A DNA stretch of 64,000 bases from Nitrospirota bacterium (GTDB taxonomy: Bacteria > Nitrospirota > Nitrospiria > Nitrospirales > Nitrospiraceae), in the NCBI GenBank assembly GCA_963703955.1, contig CAVPGK010000011.1, forward strand, positions 192,001 through 256,000, written 5' to 3'. The position numbers and the translations under genes are program-made. The notes beneath the pieces are model-generated. The model searched no databases, was not told the origin of the DNA, and saw only the letters and a list, made by a program, of their open reading frames with translations. Positions within the stretch are counted from its first letter, which is position 1; every line of letters starts with the position of its first letter. Below are positions 9,543 to 18,688 of this stretch, piece by piece.

Positions 9543-10568
9543 CTAGCGCTGGCTGAGCTTGTGGACAAGATCCACGGCCGCCGCCACGGATTCGACCGGA
9601 GTGTTGGGTAGGATCCCGTGGCCGAGATTAAAGATGTGGCCGGCTCGCCCGCCTACTCGCTGAAGAATATCTTCAATTCTCCGCTCGATCTCATGCAGAG
9701 GCGCAAAGAGCGCGACGGGATCGAGGTTCCCCTGAATCGCCACGTCATGACCCAACGTCGCCCAGGCGTCATCCAGATGAACCCGCCAATCCACCCCGAT
9801 GACATCCCCGCCAGCTTCGCGCATCAGGGATAGCAGGGCCGCGGTGCCGGTGCCGAAATGAATCAGAGGCACGCCCTCACGCTTCAAGCCGTTGAAGATC
9901 AATTGGACGTGCGGCAGGACATATTCGGAGTAATCACCCGGCGAAAGGCAACCCACCCAACTATCGAACAACTGAACCGCCTGAGCCCCGGCGTGAATCT
10001 GTCGGCGGAGGTACCCGGTCACGACTCTCGCGAGCTTGTCCATCAGCCGGTGCCATGCTTCCGGCTCCCGATACATGAACTGTTTCGTCTCAATGTAATT
10101 TCTCGAGCCTCCGCCCTCGATCGCATAACTGGCCAGCGTGAACGGGGCGCCGGCAAATCCGATGAGCGGCACTCTGTCTCGCAGGGCGCGGGCGGCGACT
10201 CCGATGGCATCGTACACGTAGCCGAGCTCGTCACCCTCCACCGGACGCAGGCCATCGACCGCCGCGCGGTTGCGCACGGGATTCCGGATCACGGGACCTT
10301 CGGCCTCCACGAATTCCACCTGAATGCCCATGGGCACGAGCGGCAGTAGAATGTCGGCGAAAATAATGGCCGCATCCAACGCAAACCTGTCGATCGGCTG
10401 AAGCGTCACCTGGGCCGCCAACTCAGGCGTCTTGCACACATCCAAGATGGAATGCTTCGCGCGAACGATCTGATATTCATTCATATAGCGGCCAGCCTGG
10501 CGCATGAACCACACGGGGGTGCAGTCCACCGGTTCACGACGACAGGCCTTGAGAAAACGATCGTTCAT
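9543..10568 (-). CDS. hemE: Uroporphyrinogen decarboxylase
   Basis: PVWFMRQAGRY, IIFADIL, GFAGAPFTLASY, FNLGHGI. Confidence 0.97.
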   Translation of the reverse strand: MNDRFLKACRREPVDCTPVWFMRQAGRYMNEYQIVRAKHSILDVCKTPELAAQVTLQPIDRFALDAAIIFADILLPLVPMGIQVEFVEAEGPVIRNPVRNRAAVDGLRPVEGDELGYVYDAIGVAARALRDRVPLIGFAGAPFTLASYAIEGGGSRNYIETKQFMYREPEAWHRLMDKLARVVTGYLRRQIHAGAQAVQLFDSWVGCLSPGDYSEYVLPHVQLIFNGLKREGVPLIHFGTGTAALLSLMREAGGDVIGVDWRVHLDDAWATLGHDVAIQGNLDPVALFAPLHEIERRIEDILQRVGGRAGHIFNLGHGILPNTPVESVAAAVDLVHKLSQR

Positions 10569-10716
10569 AAGCGTCGTGCATTCTAGTGAGTGAGGAAGAA
10601 GCTGTCAAATAAGGGCATCCTGGTCAGACACTCACTCTGATCGAGCCAGGATGCAAGAACACAAGCGGAATTGATACCATCCTGCATGTCTGTTTGTTAC
10701 TTGGTAGGAGGACACC

Positions 10717-11643
10717 ATGAAGATCGTTGTCGCTGGAGGGTCAGGCTTCATCGGACGCCCCCTGTGTCAGGCTCTTCTTCAAGACCAGCACCAGGTCACA
10801 GTTCTGTCACGAAGTGCGGCGGCAACCAAAGACCTTCTCGATTCCCGTATCGACATCATCGAATGGGATGGGCATATCCCGGAAGGCTGGGAACAAACTC
10901 TCGATACGGCCGACGTGATCATCAACTTAACCGGAGAAGCGATTGCGGACAAGCGGTGGTCACAAGATCGTAAGCAGGTTCTTCGTGATAGTCGGATCGG
11001 CACCACCCGGGCAATCGTCCAGGCTCTCTCTCGTGTCTCGACCCGGCCTCGGACCCTGATCAATGCTTCCGCCATCGGCTATTACGGACCTCGTGATGCG
11101 ACCCCGGTCACTGAAGAGAGTCAATCTGGGTCAGATTTCCTGGCCAAGCTCTGTATAGATTGGGAACGGGAGGCGACGCAGGCCGAAAGCTTGGGCATAC
11201 GTGTCATTCGGCTTCGGACGGGAATCGTCCTTGGAAAAAACGGCGGCGCTTTACCCCGGATGTTGCTTCCATTTTACTTTTTTCTGGGCGGTCCAATCGC
11301 GCCCGGTCATCAATGGATGTCATGGATTCATGAGCAAGATGTCCTCGGCCTGATTCGGTGGATACTCGCCAATCAACAAGTCCACGGACCTCTGAATGCC
11401 GTGGCACCACAACCCGTCACCATGCGAGAATTTTGCCGAACGTTAGGGCATGTCCTGAGGCGGCCTTCCTGGTTGCCGGTGCCAGAGCCTGCCTTGCGGC
11501 TTGCGCTTGGCGAACTGGCCACAATTTTGACGACCGGCCAATGCGTGGAGCCGACCGTGGCCCTGCGCGGCGGGTACGTCTTCAAGTACTCCTCCATAGA
11601 GCCGGCGCTTCGTGAGATTATAGGGAAATCATCCAGCCGTTGA
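10717..11643 (+). CDS. TIGR01777 (YfcH-like) NAD-dependent epimerase family protein
   Basis: GGSGFIG, INLTGEAI, SAIGYYG, GQWMSWIH-like motif, GPLNAVAP. Confidence 0.9.
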   Translation: MKIVVAGGSGFIGRPLCQALLQDQHQVTVLSRSAAATKDLLDSRIDIIEWDGHIPEGWEQTLDTADVIINLTGEAIADKRWSQDRKQVLRDSRIGTTRAIVQALSRVSTRPRTLINASAIGYYGPRDATPVTEESQSGSDFLAKLCIDWEREATQAESLGIRVIRLRTGIVLGKNGGALPRMLLPFYFFLGGPIAPGHQWMSWIHEQDVLGLIRWILANQQVHGPLNAVAPQPVTMREFCRTLGHVLRRPSWLPVPEPALRLALGELATILTTGQCVEPTVALRGGYVFKYSSIEPALREIIGKSSSR

Positions 11644-11915
11644 TTGACACCCGCCACATCCATTCGGATCGGGATCAGTCCCGTCTGCTCGGCGACGAAG
11701 CGCGGTTTGACGGACGGTACAAGAGGGACGCCGGGGCTCATTCAACTGATGGAGTAGTTGGGATTGAAACCAGAAGGAGCTTTGAGGGGGCCAGAGCAGG
11801 AGACTCTCTCGGCTAGAAGCCATAGAACATCGTTTGACCCCTCCAGCTTGTGGATCAAATTGGCAGCAACGACGGCGGGTCTATAGATGAGAAGCGGGTA
11901 ATCAAATGGCTGTCT

Positions 11916-12176
11916 TTACTTCTGAACCGCTCTGTCGACGATTGGTGCAAGCGATTGTGGTTTATCCATCCAATTCGCCAGTGCTTCTATTGCGCACGAC
12001 CGTCCGCACAGATACTGCGGTTCCGCTGCGGCAGACCCGTCTGGATGGCTTTGGAGAGCGACCTCTAATGGCTGAAGATACGCACCCTGTTCAGTCGTGG
12101 TTAGCGCATACCAGTGGTTCACTTCCTTCTTCACCGCCTGACAGCCATCACAGATGATTTGGGTGACGATGGGCAT
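11916..12176 (-). CDS. Small putative Zn-binding hypothetical protein
   Basis: GGAGG RBS; CDGC...NHW...LCGRSC cysteine pattern. Confidence 0.65.
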   Translation of the reverse strand: MPIVTQIICDGCQAVKKEVNHWYALTTTEQGAYLQPLEVALQSHPDGSAAAEPQYLCGRSCAIEALANWMDKPQSLAPIVDRAVQK

Positions 12177-12300
12177 GTTTCCTCCAGCCTGAGAGGATCC
12201 TTGTCCTAGATTGCCAAGCTTCGACGCAGCTAGGGATCAACATATAGAAAAGGCATGCTTCAAGGGAATTGGCCGAAGGTATGGTTCATCCTTCGAAAGG

Positions 12301-12353
12301 CAGAGGCGCCTGCATGAGTGGCGCGGAGCATCCCTCGATGCCGTTGTTAAGGC
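12301..12353 (-). other. Degenerate attC-like site
   Basis: Minus strand after the stop codon reads GCCTTAAC-AACG-GCATCGAG...CTCATGC-AGGCG: inverse core plus paired L-box arms with one extrahelical C; the GTTRRRY end is missing. Confidence 0.4.
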
Positions 12354-12354
12354 C

Positions 12355-13011
12355 TCATGGCGATAGTGCCGCCTCAATGAATCGGCGTGTACCGTAGTCG
12401 TTGTTGGCGAAAAGGAGTAGGCGAAGGGTTTGCCCTTTGGCATGGGATTTCCGAGCAACGCGCCTGGCGCACGTCTTTATGGCATTTAATTCAGCCCGCC
12501 TGTCGTCGGGTAGTGAGGCATCCCCTGCCAATACCCAAAGAGTCCTTCCATCCGGAAGCTGCTCGCTTACAATCGTGGTATGCCACCCTGCAGACGTCAG
12601 TTGGCTCATTAATATCGGGTGAGTTCTCGTCAAGAAAACGCCAATCTCCACAGCTGAGTTCGGCTTAGCCGGGAGCCATAGAGTTCCCTTGCTCTTGTGC
12701 TGCGACCAGGGGCCCGGCCTCAGTTCTGAGGTTGGAATGATCACACCGAAAGGAAACTCGTAGCGACTTTGGGGATCGATCGTCCAAGTGTCGAGAAACC
12801 TCGGTGGTGTCCCGGGGGATAACCACTTTTGAAAATCAGGGGCTCTGACATGGCACTTTCCGCTCTCATGCAGACTTACCTTCAGCAGTCCGCCCAGCGT
12901 TCGGGCGGCAACGTAGACATCACTGCTGCTGGACGACCACAACACCAGCCACTCGGACGACCTGTTGGCTGCCGGATCACCTACTCCGAACCGAGCTGAG
13001 CGCGTTAACAT
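12355..13011 (-). CDS. Hypothetical protein (gene-cassette-like)
   Basis: 218-aa ORF with no recognisable family; RFGVG...SSEW...DVY...KVSLHESG pattern. Confidence 0.65.
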   Translation of the reverse strand: MLTRSARFGVGDPAANRSSEWLVLWSSSSSDVYVAARTLGGLLKVSLHESGKCHVRAPDFQKWLSPGTPPRFLDTWTIDPQSRYEFPFGVIIPTSELRPGPWSQHKSKGTLWLPAKPNSAVEIGVFLTRTHPILMSQLTSAGWHTTIVSEQLPDGRTLWVLAGDASLPDDRRAELNAIKTCARRVARKSHAKGQTLRLLLFANNDYGTRRFIEAALSP

Positions 13012-13276
13012 AACTAACGAGGTCTAATGGATGAGCACTCAACTGCGCACTTCCCATGCTGATAACTTCAACACTCGACTGGGAGGCAAGTGCACTGGCA
13101 CATCCAACACTTCTTCAAGAGCTCGTCCTGTTCCACCGATCGGGATAGGCTACCAGCCCGCAGTATATCAACGTCGATCATTCGGAGGAGGCAACTGGGT
13201 GATTCTTACTGCGGCCGTCAGTTCACCCGCCCACCTCGAGCTAGCCAAGACCGGCAAGGCGTATGAATGATCAGGC

Positions 13277-14404
13277 TCATCTTTCCATTGAAGAACGACG
13301 GTGGGAGTCCGTTTTGTTAACCTGCGTCAGCCGGATCGGCACGCGACGCGCTCCCCATCGCCCTGGTGCGCCAGTGAAGAGTCCCGCGCAGGCCATCCCA
13401 CAGGCTGGGCACCACCCGGCGTCCGTCAGATTCCACTTGGTCAACTCATACCAGTCACGGCCGATCAGTTGTTCGCCGCACTGGTAGCAGTAGGTGCTGC
13501 CGCCTGGCTCGTCATGGACATTGCCCGTGTAGGCATAACGCAACCCGTTCTTCGTTGCGATGCGCCGCGCCATGGAGAGCGTGGCCGGCGGTGTCGGTGG
13601 TTTATCGATCATCTTCCAGTCCGGATGGAACGCCGTGAAGTGGAGGGGTACAGCCGGACCGAGGCGGTCAACAACCCACTGCGTCATCTCTTCGATCTCC
13701 CGTTCAGAGTCATTTTCTCCGGGAATCAAGAGCGTCGTGATTTCCAGCCAGACGTTCGTCTGGTGCTTGAGATACATCAACGTGTCAAGCACGGGTTGCA
13801 AACTCCCCGCGCAAACCTGTCTGTAGAAGCGCTCGCTGAACCCCTTGAGATCGACATTGGCGGCATCCATGTACCGGTAGAACTCGGCGCGTGGCTCCTC
13901 ACACACATAGCCGGCCGTCACCGCCACGGACTTGAGACCGCGCTCATGGCAGGCCTGGGCCACATCGATGGCGTATTCGTGGAAGATCACCGGGTCATTA
14001 TACGTGAAGGCGACACTGCGGCATCCCAACTCCAGAGCGGCGCGCGCGATCGTCTCCGGTTGAGCTTCATCGGCGAGTGTGTCCGTTTCACGGGACTTGC
14101 TGATGTCCCAATTCTGGCAAAACTTGCAGGCCAGGTTGCAGCCCGCCGTACCGAACGACAGCACCGCCGTCCCCGGCAGAAAGTGATTCAGCGGCTTCTT
14201 CTCGATCGGGTCGACACAGAAGCCGCTAGAGCGCCCATACGAGGTTAAGACGATCTGGCCATTCCGGCGGGCGCGCACAAAGCACAGGCCTTGCTGTCCT
14301 TCCTGCAACTTGCAGAACCGGGGGCAGAGGTCACACTGAACGCGTCCATCGTCGAGTGCGTGCCAGTATTTGGTCGGGAACGCTCCGGCCACGGTACTGC
14401 TCAT
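13277..14404 (-). CDS. amrS: AmmeMemoRadiSam system radical SAM enzyme
   Basis: CDLCPRFC...GLCFVR, DPIEKKPLNHF, radical SAM motif CNLACKFCQNW; GGAGG RBS before ATG 14404. Confidence 0.92.
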   Translation of the reverse strand: MSSTVAGAFPTKYWHALDDGRVQCDLCPRFCKLQEGQQGLCFVRARRNGQIVLTSYGRSSGFCVDPIEKKPLNHFLPGTAVLSFGTAGCNLACKFCQNWDISKSRETDTLADEAQPETIARAALELGCRSVAFTYNDPVIFHEYAIDVAQACHERGLKSVAVTAGYVCEEPRAEFYRYMDAANVDLKGFSERFYRQVCAGSLQPVLDTLMYLKHQTNVWLEITTLLIPGENDSEREIEEMTQWVVDRLGPAVPLHFTAFHPDWKMIDKPPTPPATLSMARRIATKNGLRYAYTGNVHDEPGGSTYCYQCGEQLIGRDWYELTKWNLTDAGWCPACGMACAGLFTGAPGRWGARRVPIRLTQVNKTDSHRRSSMER

Positions 14405-14680
14405 CGAAAGGGTGCCTCCTCCAGTACCATTCATATCATACATATCATATTGTACTAGGGAGATTGGGGGCTAGGAACTGCCGGCTCGCCTTGTGTTCAT
14501 GCCCGACGTGATATCGGTTCTCCTGACCTCGCTTATCAGGTAAGTTGAGCCGATTAAGGGATTTTCAATGATGCCGGGTTTGGAGTATACAGGTATCTGA
14601 GCGGAAAGTCGGTGCACACATCAACCGACTACCCACCAGCTTAGACGCATTGGCTTTCTTGCATCGAAAGGAGTTCAGAG

Positions 14681-15262
14681 ATGAAGATGCTTCTTTCGAA
14701 GATGGCGACTTGCCTCGGTGGTCTGCTATTTCTTGGCCTTAGCTCTGAGCATGTTCGTGCAGATCTTATCAATCCGCTCATCATCGATAACAAGCCGCTG
14801 CGATTTGAAGCAAACGTTGAGAACATTGGCCTGACTGCTTCCGCCATCGTGCTCGGCGGGACAGACCTTCAAGGCTTCAGCGGAAATTGGAGCGCCGTGA
14901 TTCAACAGAGCACCTTCGACGCGGCAGGAGTGAATAACGATATCCAGTTCGAACTATTTCACAATATAGCACCAGACCCTGCGTTGCTGGAGCAGGCGCC
15001 GAATCTGGTCTTGAAGTCGCCGCCGGGCCTTTTTAATGTAGTCCCGGGTGCCCTGTTCCCCGGCCTGGTTGGATCTGCTGATCATGGTCGCGTGCACGAG
15101 GATGCATTCCACATCACTTATGCGCCTTTGGCGGCAGGCGTCTCATCACTGCTGACCATCCAGATGGTGCACACACCCGAACCATCAACCCTCTTCCTTC
15201 TGGCCTCCGGGCTAGCAGGACTCGCGGGGTTCGCAAGTAGGTCGATTTGGAAACGGGTATGA
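14681..15262 (+). CDS. PEP-CTERM sorting domain protein
   Basis: Signal peptide; C-terminal TPEPSTLFLLASGLAGLAG followed by a basic tail. Confidence 0.85.
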   Translation: MKMLLSKMATCLGGLLFLGLSSEHVRADLINPLIIDNKPLRFEANVENIGLTASAIVLGGTDLQGFSGNWSAVIQQSTFDAAGVNNDIQFELFHNIAPDPALLEQAPNLVLKSPPGLFNVVPGALFPGLVGSADHGRVHEDAFHITYAPLAAGVSSLLTIQMVHTPEPSTLFLLASGLAGLAGFASRSIWKRV

Positions 15263-15451
15263 GGTCAGAAAGCAGAAGCCGATAGTGTGCTCTGTCCTTC
15301 ACGAAACAAAAAAGATGACGTCACTCCTCGATTTGTCAAGATCGTCGGTACGGCCATTGGTTGAAGGGGGGAAGGATTCACCCGACGGGTTAAGGATCGC
15401 CCCGATTGCCGTCTTCTGATCGTTATGATCAAGCCGTTGGAACAGCTAATA

Positions 15452-15556
15452 AGGACTGAGTATTGAGGTCTGAGGACTGAGGTCCTCGAATGCAAACAGA
15501 AGAACTGGAGCCGCAACGGAATTGGTCGCTCAACCCTCAGCACTCAGTCCTCAGCA
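15452..15556. repeat. Inverted arrays of heptamer tandem repeats
   Basis: TGAGTAT-TGAGGTC-TGAGGAC-TGAGGTC (15457-15484) facing CTCAACC-CTCAGCA-CTCAGTC-CTCAGCA (15529-15556). Confidence 0.75.
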
Positions 15557-15585
15557 CTGCTCAGGCAATTGGAAGGGAGGAACTT

Positions 15586-16047
15586 ATGGCTTTCGAATTG
15601 ACGAGTTCTGCCTTTAAAGAAGGAGAGGTTATTCCCAAAAAATACACATGCGAGGGGCCTGATGCATCGCCTCTCTTGCGTTGGGGAAATCCGCCGCAGG
15701 GAACTCGGAGCTTTACCCTCATTGCCGACGATCCCGATGCCCCGGTCGGCACGTGGGTGCATTGGGTCATCTTTAATCTTCCCGCAGATGCGCGCGAGTT
15801 GCCCGAAGGGGTGCCGGCGCAGGACACTCTCCCGAACGGTGCGCGACAAGGCCTGAATGACTTCAAACGCGTCGGGTATGGCGGCCCCTGCCCGCCGCCC
15901 GGGAAGCCCCACCGCTACTATTTCAAACTTTATGCTCTGGATAAGGTCCTCGATCTAAAGCCACGCGTGACCAAGGCGCACGTACTCGAAGCAAGCAAGG
16001 GCCACGTGCTGGCAGAAGCCCAGCTCATGGGGAAGTTCGGGCGGTGA
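15586..16047 (+). CDS. YbhB/YbcL family (PEBP) protein
   Basis: DDPDAP.GTWVHW, GYGGPCPP, HRYYFKLYALD; GGAGG RBS. Confidence 0.93.
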   Translation: MAFELTSSAFKEGEVIPKKYTCEGPDASPLLRWGNPPQGTRSFTLIADDPDAPVGTWVHWVIFNLPADARELPEGVPAQDTLPNGARQGLNDFKRVGYGGPCPPPGKPHRYYFKLYALDKVLDLKPRVTKAHVLEASKGHVLAEAQLMGKFGR

Positions 16048-16106
16048 AGAGATTCCAGATCGGCGAGGTAGACTCTACCTCCGACGTTGAGAAAGGCTCT
16101 CGCGCA

Positions 16107-17096
16107 TCATCCCATCGGCAGGATACCCACGCCCTCCTGAAATTCGACCTTGCTGCCGAAGACGGCGCACTTCGCGCGCATGCGCTCTTGAAGAAAAGCC
16201 ACTTCCGGCCCTCGTGCCAGCCGAACCCCCAAGTTCTCGATCGCCACCGGGTGGAGCCGGAGACAAGCGATGCGACTCTGTTCTATTTCGAGCATGAACA
16301 GGAAGGATAGATCATTGCGCTCCTGGGGATCGACGGCGTAGTCGTCCACAAAGTCGCCGGTCGAGTACAGAATGACCTTGCCCTTGTAGAGCTCGATGCC
16401 CTGTGGAGAATGGTTCGAATGCCCCCAATAGAGATCGGCGCCGAGGTCAAGGAGCTCATGGGCCAAGGCGCGCAGAGCCGCGGAGGGCGGCCCCCAATTA
16501 GGACCTACATGGGCGCTGACGATCACGAAGTGGGCGTGACTGCGCGCTCGGCCGATCGCCTTGGTGAGACGGGCCCGGTAGGGCTCAACCAGTCCCTGTG
16601 AGTCGTACGCGATGTAATTCACGCCCGGGGTCCCCTCGGTCGCTTCCCATTCGGGCTCATTGTCCGTCAGCGAGATGACCGCTAGACGTGCCTCCGGCAA
16701 TTCGAGGAGGGCCGGCGCCAAAGCCTCGTCAAGATGAAGGCCTGCGCCGGCATGCCGAATGCCGGCGCGATCCAACAGCGCGAGGCACTCCGACAATGCC
16801 TCAACCCCGTAATCCAAAGTGTGATTATTGGCCAGGCTAACACAATCGATCCGAGCGGCTCGGAGGACATCGATGGCCCGAGGATGGGCCCGAAAGTGAA
16901 AGACTTTAGTCTCAGGCTTCCAGGCGAACCCTCGGCTGCTAATGACACATTCGAGATTGACTAATCTCAGATCCGCAGCTAGGAGCAACGTTAGGACATC
17001 TCCCCATACGATCTCCGGCGGCAGAGAGGCATTCCTAATCACAGAGTGATCCACGAGCCGTCCCAGCATCACATCTCCCGTCAACCCGATCTTCAT
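16107..17096 (-). CDS. CapA family (PGA_cap) metallophosphatase-like protein
   Basis: GDVMLGR, NLEC, LANNHTLDYG, GH..H, YSTGDF motifs. Confidence 0.88.
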   Translation of the reverse strand: MKIGLTGDVMLGRLVDHSVIRNASLPPEIVWGDVLTLLLAADLRLVNLECVISSRGFAWKPETKVFHFRAHPRAIDVLRAARIDCVSLANNHTLDYGVEALSECLALLDRAGIRHAGAGLHLDEALAPALLELPEARLAVISLTDNEPEWEATEGTPGVNYIAYDSQGLVEPYRARLTKAIGRARSHAHFVIVSAHVGPNWGPPSAALRALAHELLDLGADLYWGHSNHSPQGIELYKGKVILYSTGDFVDDYAVDPQERNDLSFLFMLEIEQSRIACLRLHPVAIENLGVRLARGPEVAFLQERMRAKCAVFGSKVEFQEGVGILPMG

Positions 17097-17192
17097 CGCT
17101 TTCTGGCGTCGCTCACAGGCGAGTGCGCATGACGGACTCTGGGCATCTCAACCCGGCCATTCACGGCTCCATGAAACGGCGTCTCATGAGAA

Positions 17193-18056
17193 TCATCGGA
17201 TCCGCACAACCAACACGGAACAGCTCGTTCGGTGCAGCACCGTATGGGAGACGCTACCCAACAGTCGACCAATACCTCGATGCCGGGATCCCATCACTAT
17301 CACATCCGCATTGCGTTTGGAGGCCTCAGCCAGAATCTTGCTTGCAGGCGCTCCGTCGACGACGACACCGACCGCACGGTATCCAATTGCCGAAAGACGT
17401 GACGCCGTCCCTTCGACGAAGCCCATGGCATACGCCAGCATCTCCTTCCGAAGCGATTCCGGAATCATCGCACCAACAGGCCATGCCGGATTGGCAAACG
17501 GGATCACGGTCAGGACTGTGGCATCGCAGGGGCCTGTAAATGGTTGCTTCGATAAAAAATTGAAGACGGTGTCGGCGTCATCCCGGTCCTCCAGCGCTAG
17601 GACCAGGTTCCGTATGGGTCGGGACGGCGTCGCGACAACCAATGTTGAACACGGGGCATGGGTCACGACCCGGTGGGTGATACTACCCAGAATAAGCTCA
17701 CGCACCGCTCCGACGCCCCGCGATCCCATGGTAATGAGGTCCACCCGTTCTTGTTCCGCAATCGACAGAATCACGTCAGTGGGCCTACCGATCTCGATCC
17801 GTTTGGAGACAGGCCATGACTGTAACGGAAGCAGCGAAACGGCCGTCTTGAGGATACGCTCGCCTTCTTCGCGCATCCTGCTTTCCACAGTCATAGAGAG
17901 ATCGTGTGCGATCTCAGGCACCACCATGGGATAGGCCAGCGTCGGGACATCGAGCGCATATACCATGATCAAAGCCTCCGCACCGGCCACATGCGAGAGA
18001 GCGCGAACCGCTTCATGCGAATGAGCCGATCCATCCACCGCCACCAGAATACGCAT
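17193..18056 (-). CDS. Tandem-domain universal stress protein
   Basis: ILVAVDGS, DLITMGSRG..LGS and a second DVIVMGSR..LGSVS motif. Confidence 0.92.
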   Translation of the reverse strand: MRILVAVDGSAHSHEAVRALSHVAGAEALIMVYALDVPTLAYPMVVPEIAHDLSMTVESRMREEGERILKTAVSLLPLQSWPVSKRIEIGRPTDVILSIAEQERVDLITMGSRGVGAVRELILGSITHRVVTHAPCSTLVVATPSRPIRNLVLALEDRDDADTVFNFLSKQPFTGPCDATVLTVIPFANPAWPVGAMIPESLRKEMLAYAMGFVEGTASRLSAIGYRAVGVVVDGAPASKILAEASKRNADVIVMGSRHRGIGRLLGSVSHTVLHRTSCSVLVVRIR

Positions 18057-18187
18057 GAGGCCCCTCCTTTTCTTTGGTCCTCTCAACACGCTAGGGTCTG
18101 ATTCCTCGAGTGGAAGCGTGATACGCTTGCAATCTCCTTTCACTTCAAGTCTGGCTGAACGACGCGCTCACGTTGGTACCACAGTCG

Positions 18188-18365
18188 TCAGATGACGCAC
18201 AGTAACCAGCGGAGCGCTGCCAGTGAGGCATAAAAAGTCGCCCCGGTTGCAATCCCATCACCGACCAGAATCACGATCTGACCCGTTGAAGTTGGGGGCG
18301 TTTCCTTTTCGGTACCGAGCGAGCCTCGATTAATCTCCTTCTGACGTTTGAACTCGGCCTCAAAC
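18188..18365 (-). pseudogene. Phosphoribosyltransferase remnant
   Basis: Manual translation GQIVILVGDGIATGATFYASLAALR, a PRPP-binding motif (VDDGIATG type) with D>G and a premature stop. Confidence 0.7.
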
Positions 18366-18688
18366 TGGCCAGATCATACCTCCCATTCATGGAGGACATC
18401 GATATTGAGGGCAAGAACTATGCTCATCCATATCTGGACAGAAGCATGCCATCGCAGCGAGCTGACAAGAGCCGGCTGAGTTGACGGTCGAACTACCTTT
18501 TCGAAGACGAAGGATATGGCGCGAATCTCCACGGATTCAGGGGATGCGCTGGTGAATTCTGCTACAGCAGACCCGTTTCGATGTAAGAAAGCGCTCCCAA
18601 CCCGCCTGATTTCTTAGCCTTCTCCATACAGGGGGGAGACAGGCAGTTGGTCTATCCATTGCAGAAATAGTAGTGGATAAGGACACAC

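Noticed and set aside
11629..11823. Short minus-strand ORFs after the TIGR01777 gene
   Set aside because: No recognisable motif, and they overlap the end of the upstream gene
13031..13270. Ankyrin-like phrase (ILTAAV..AHLELAK) in a short ORF
   Set aside because: Single weak match with no repeat and no RBS
13301..14248. Long antisense ORFs here and at 20827-21741, 44335-45126 and 51881-52867
   Set aside because: They lie opposite well-supported genes, as expected in GC-rich DNA
15452..15556. CRISPR array
   Set aside because: Units are 7 bp with no spacers, and no cas genes are present
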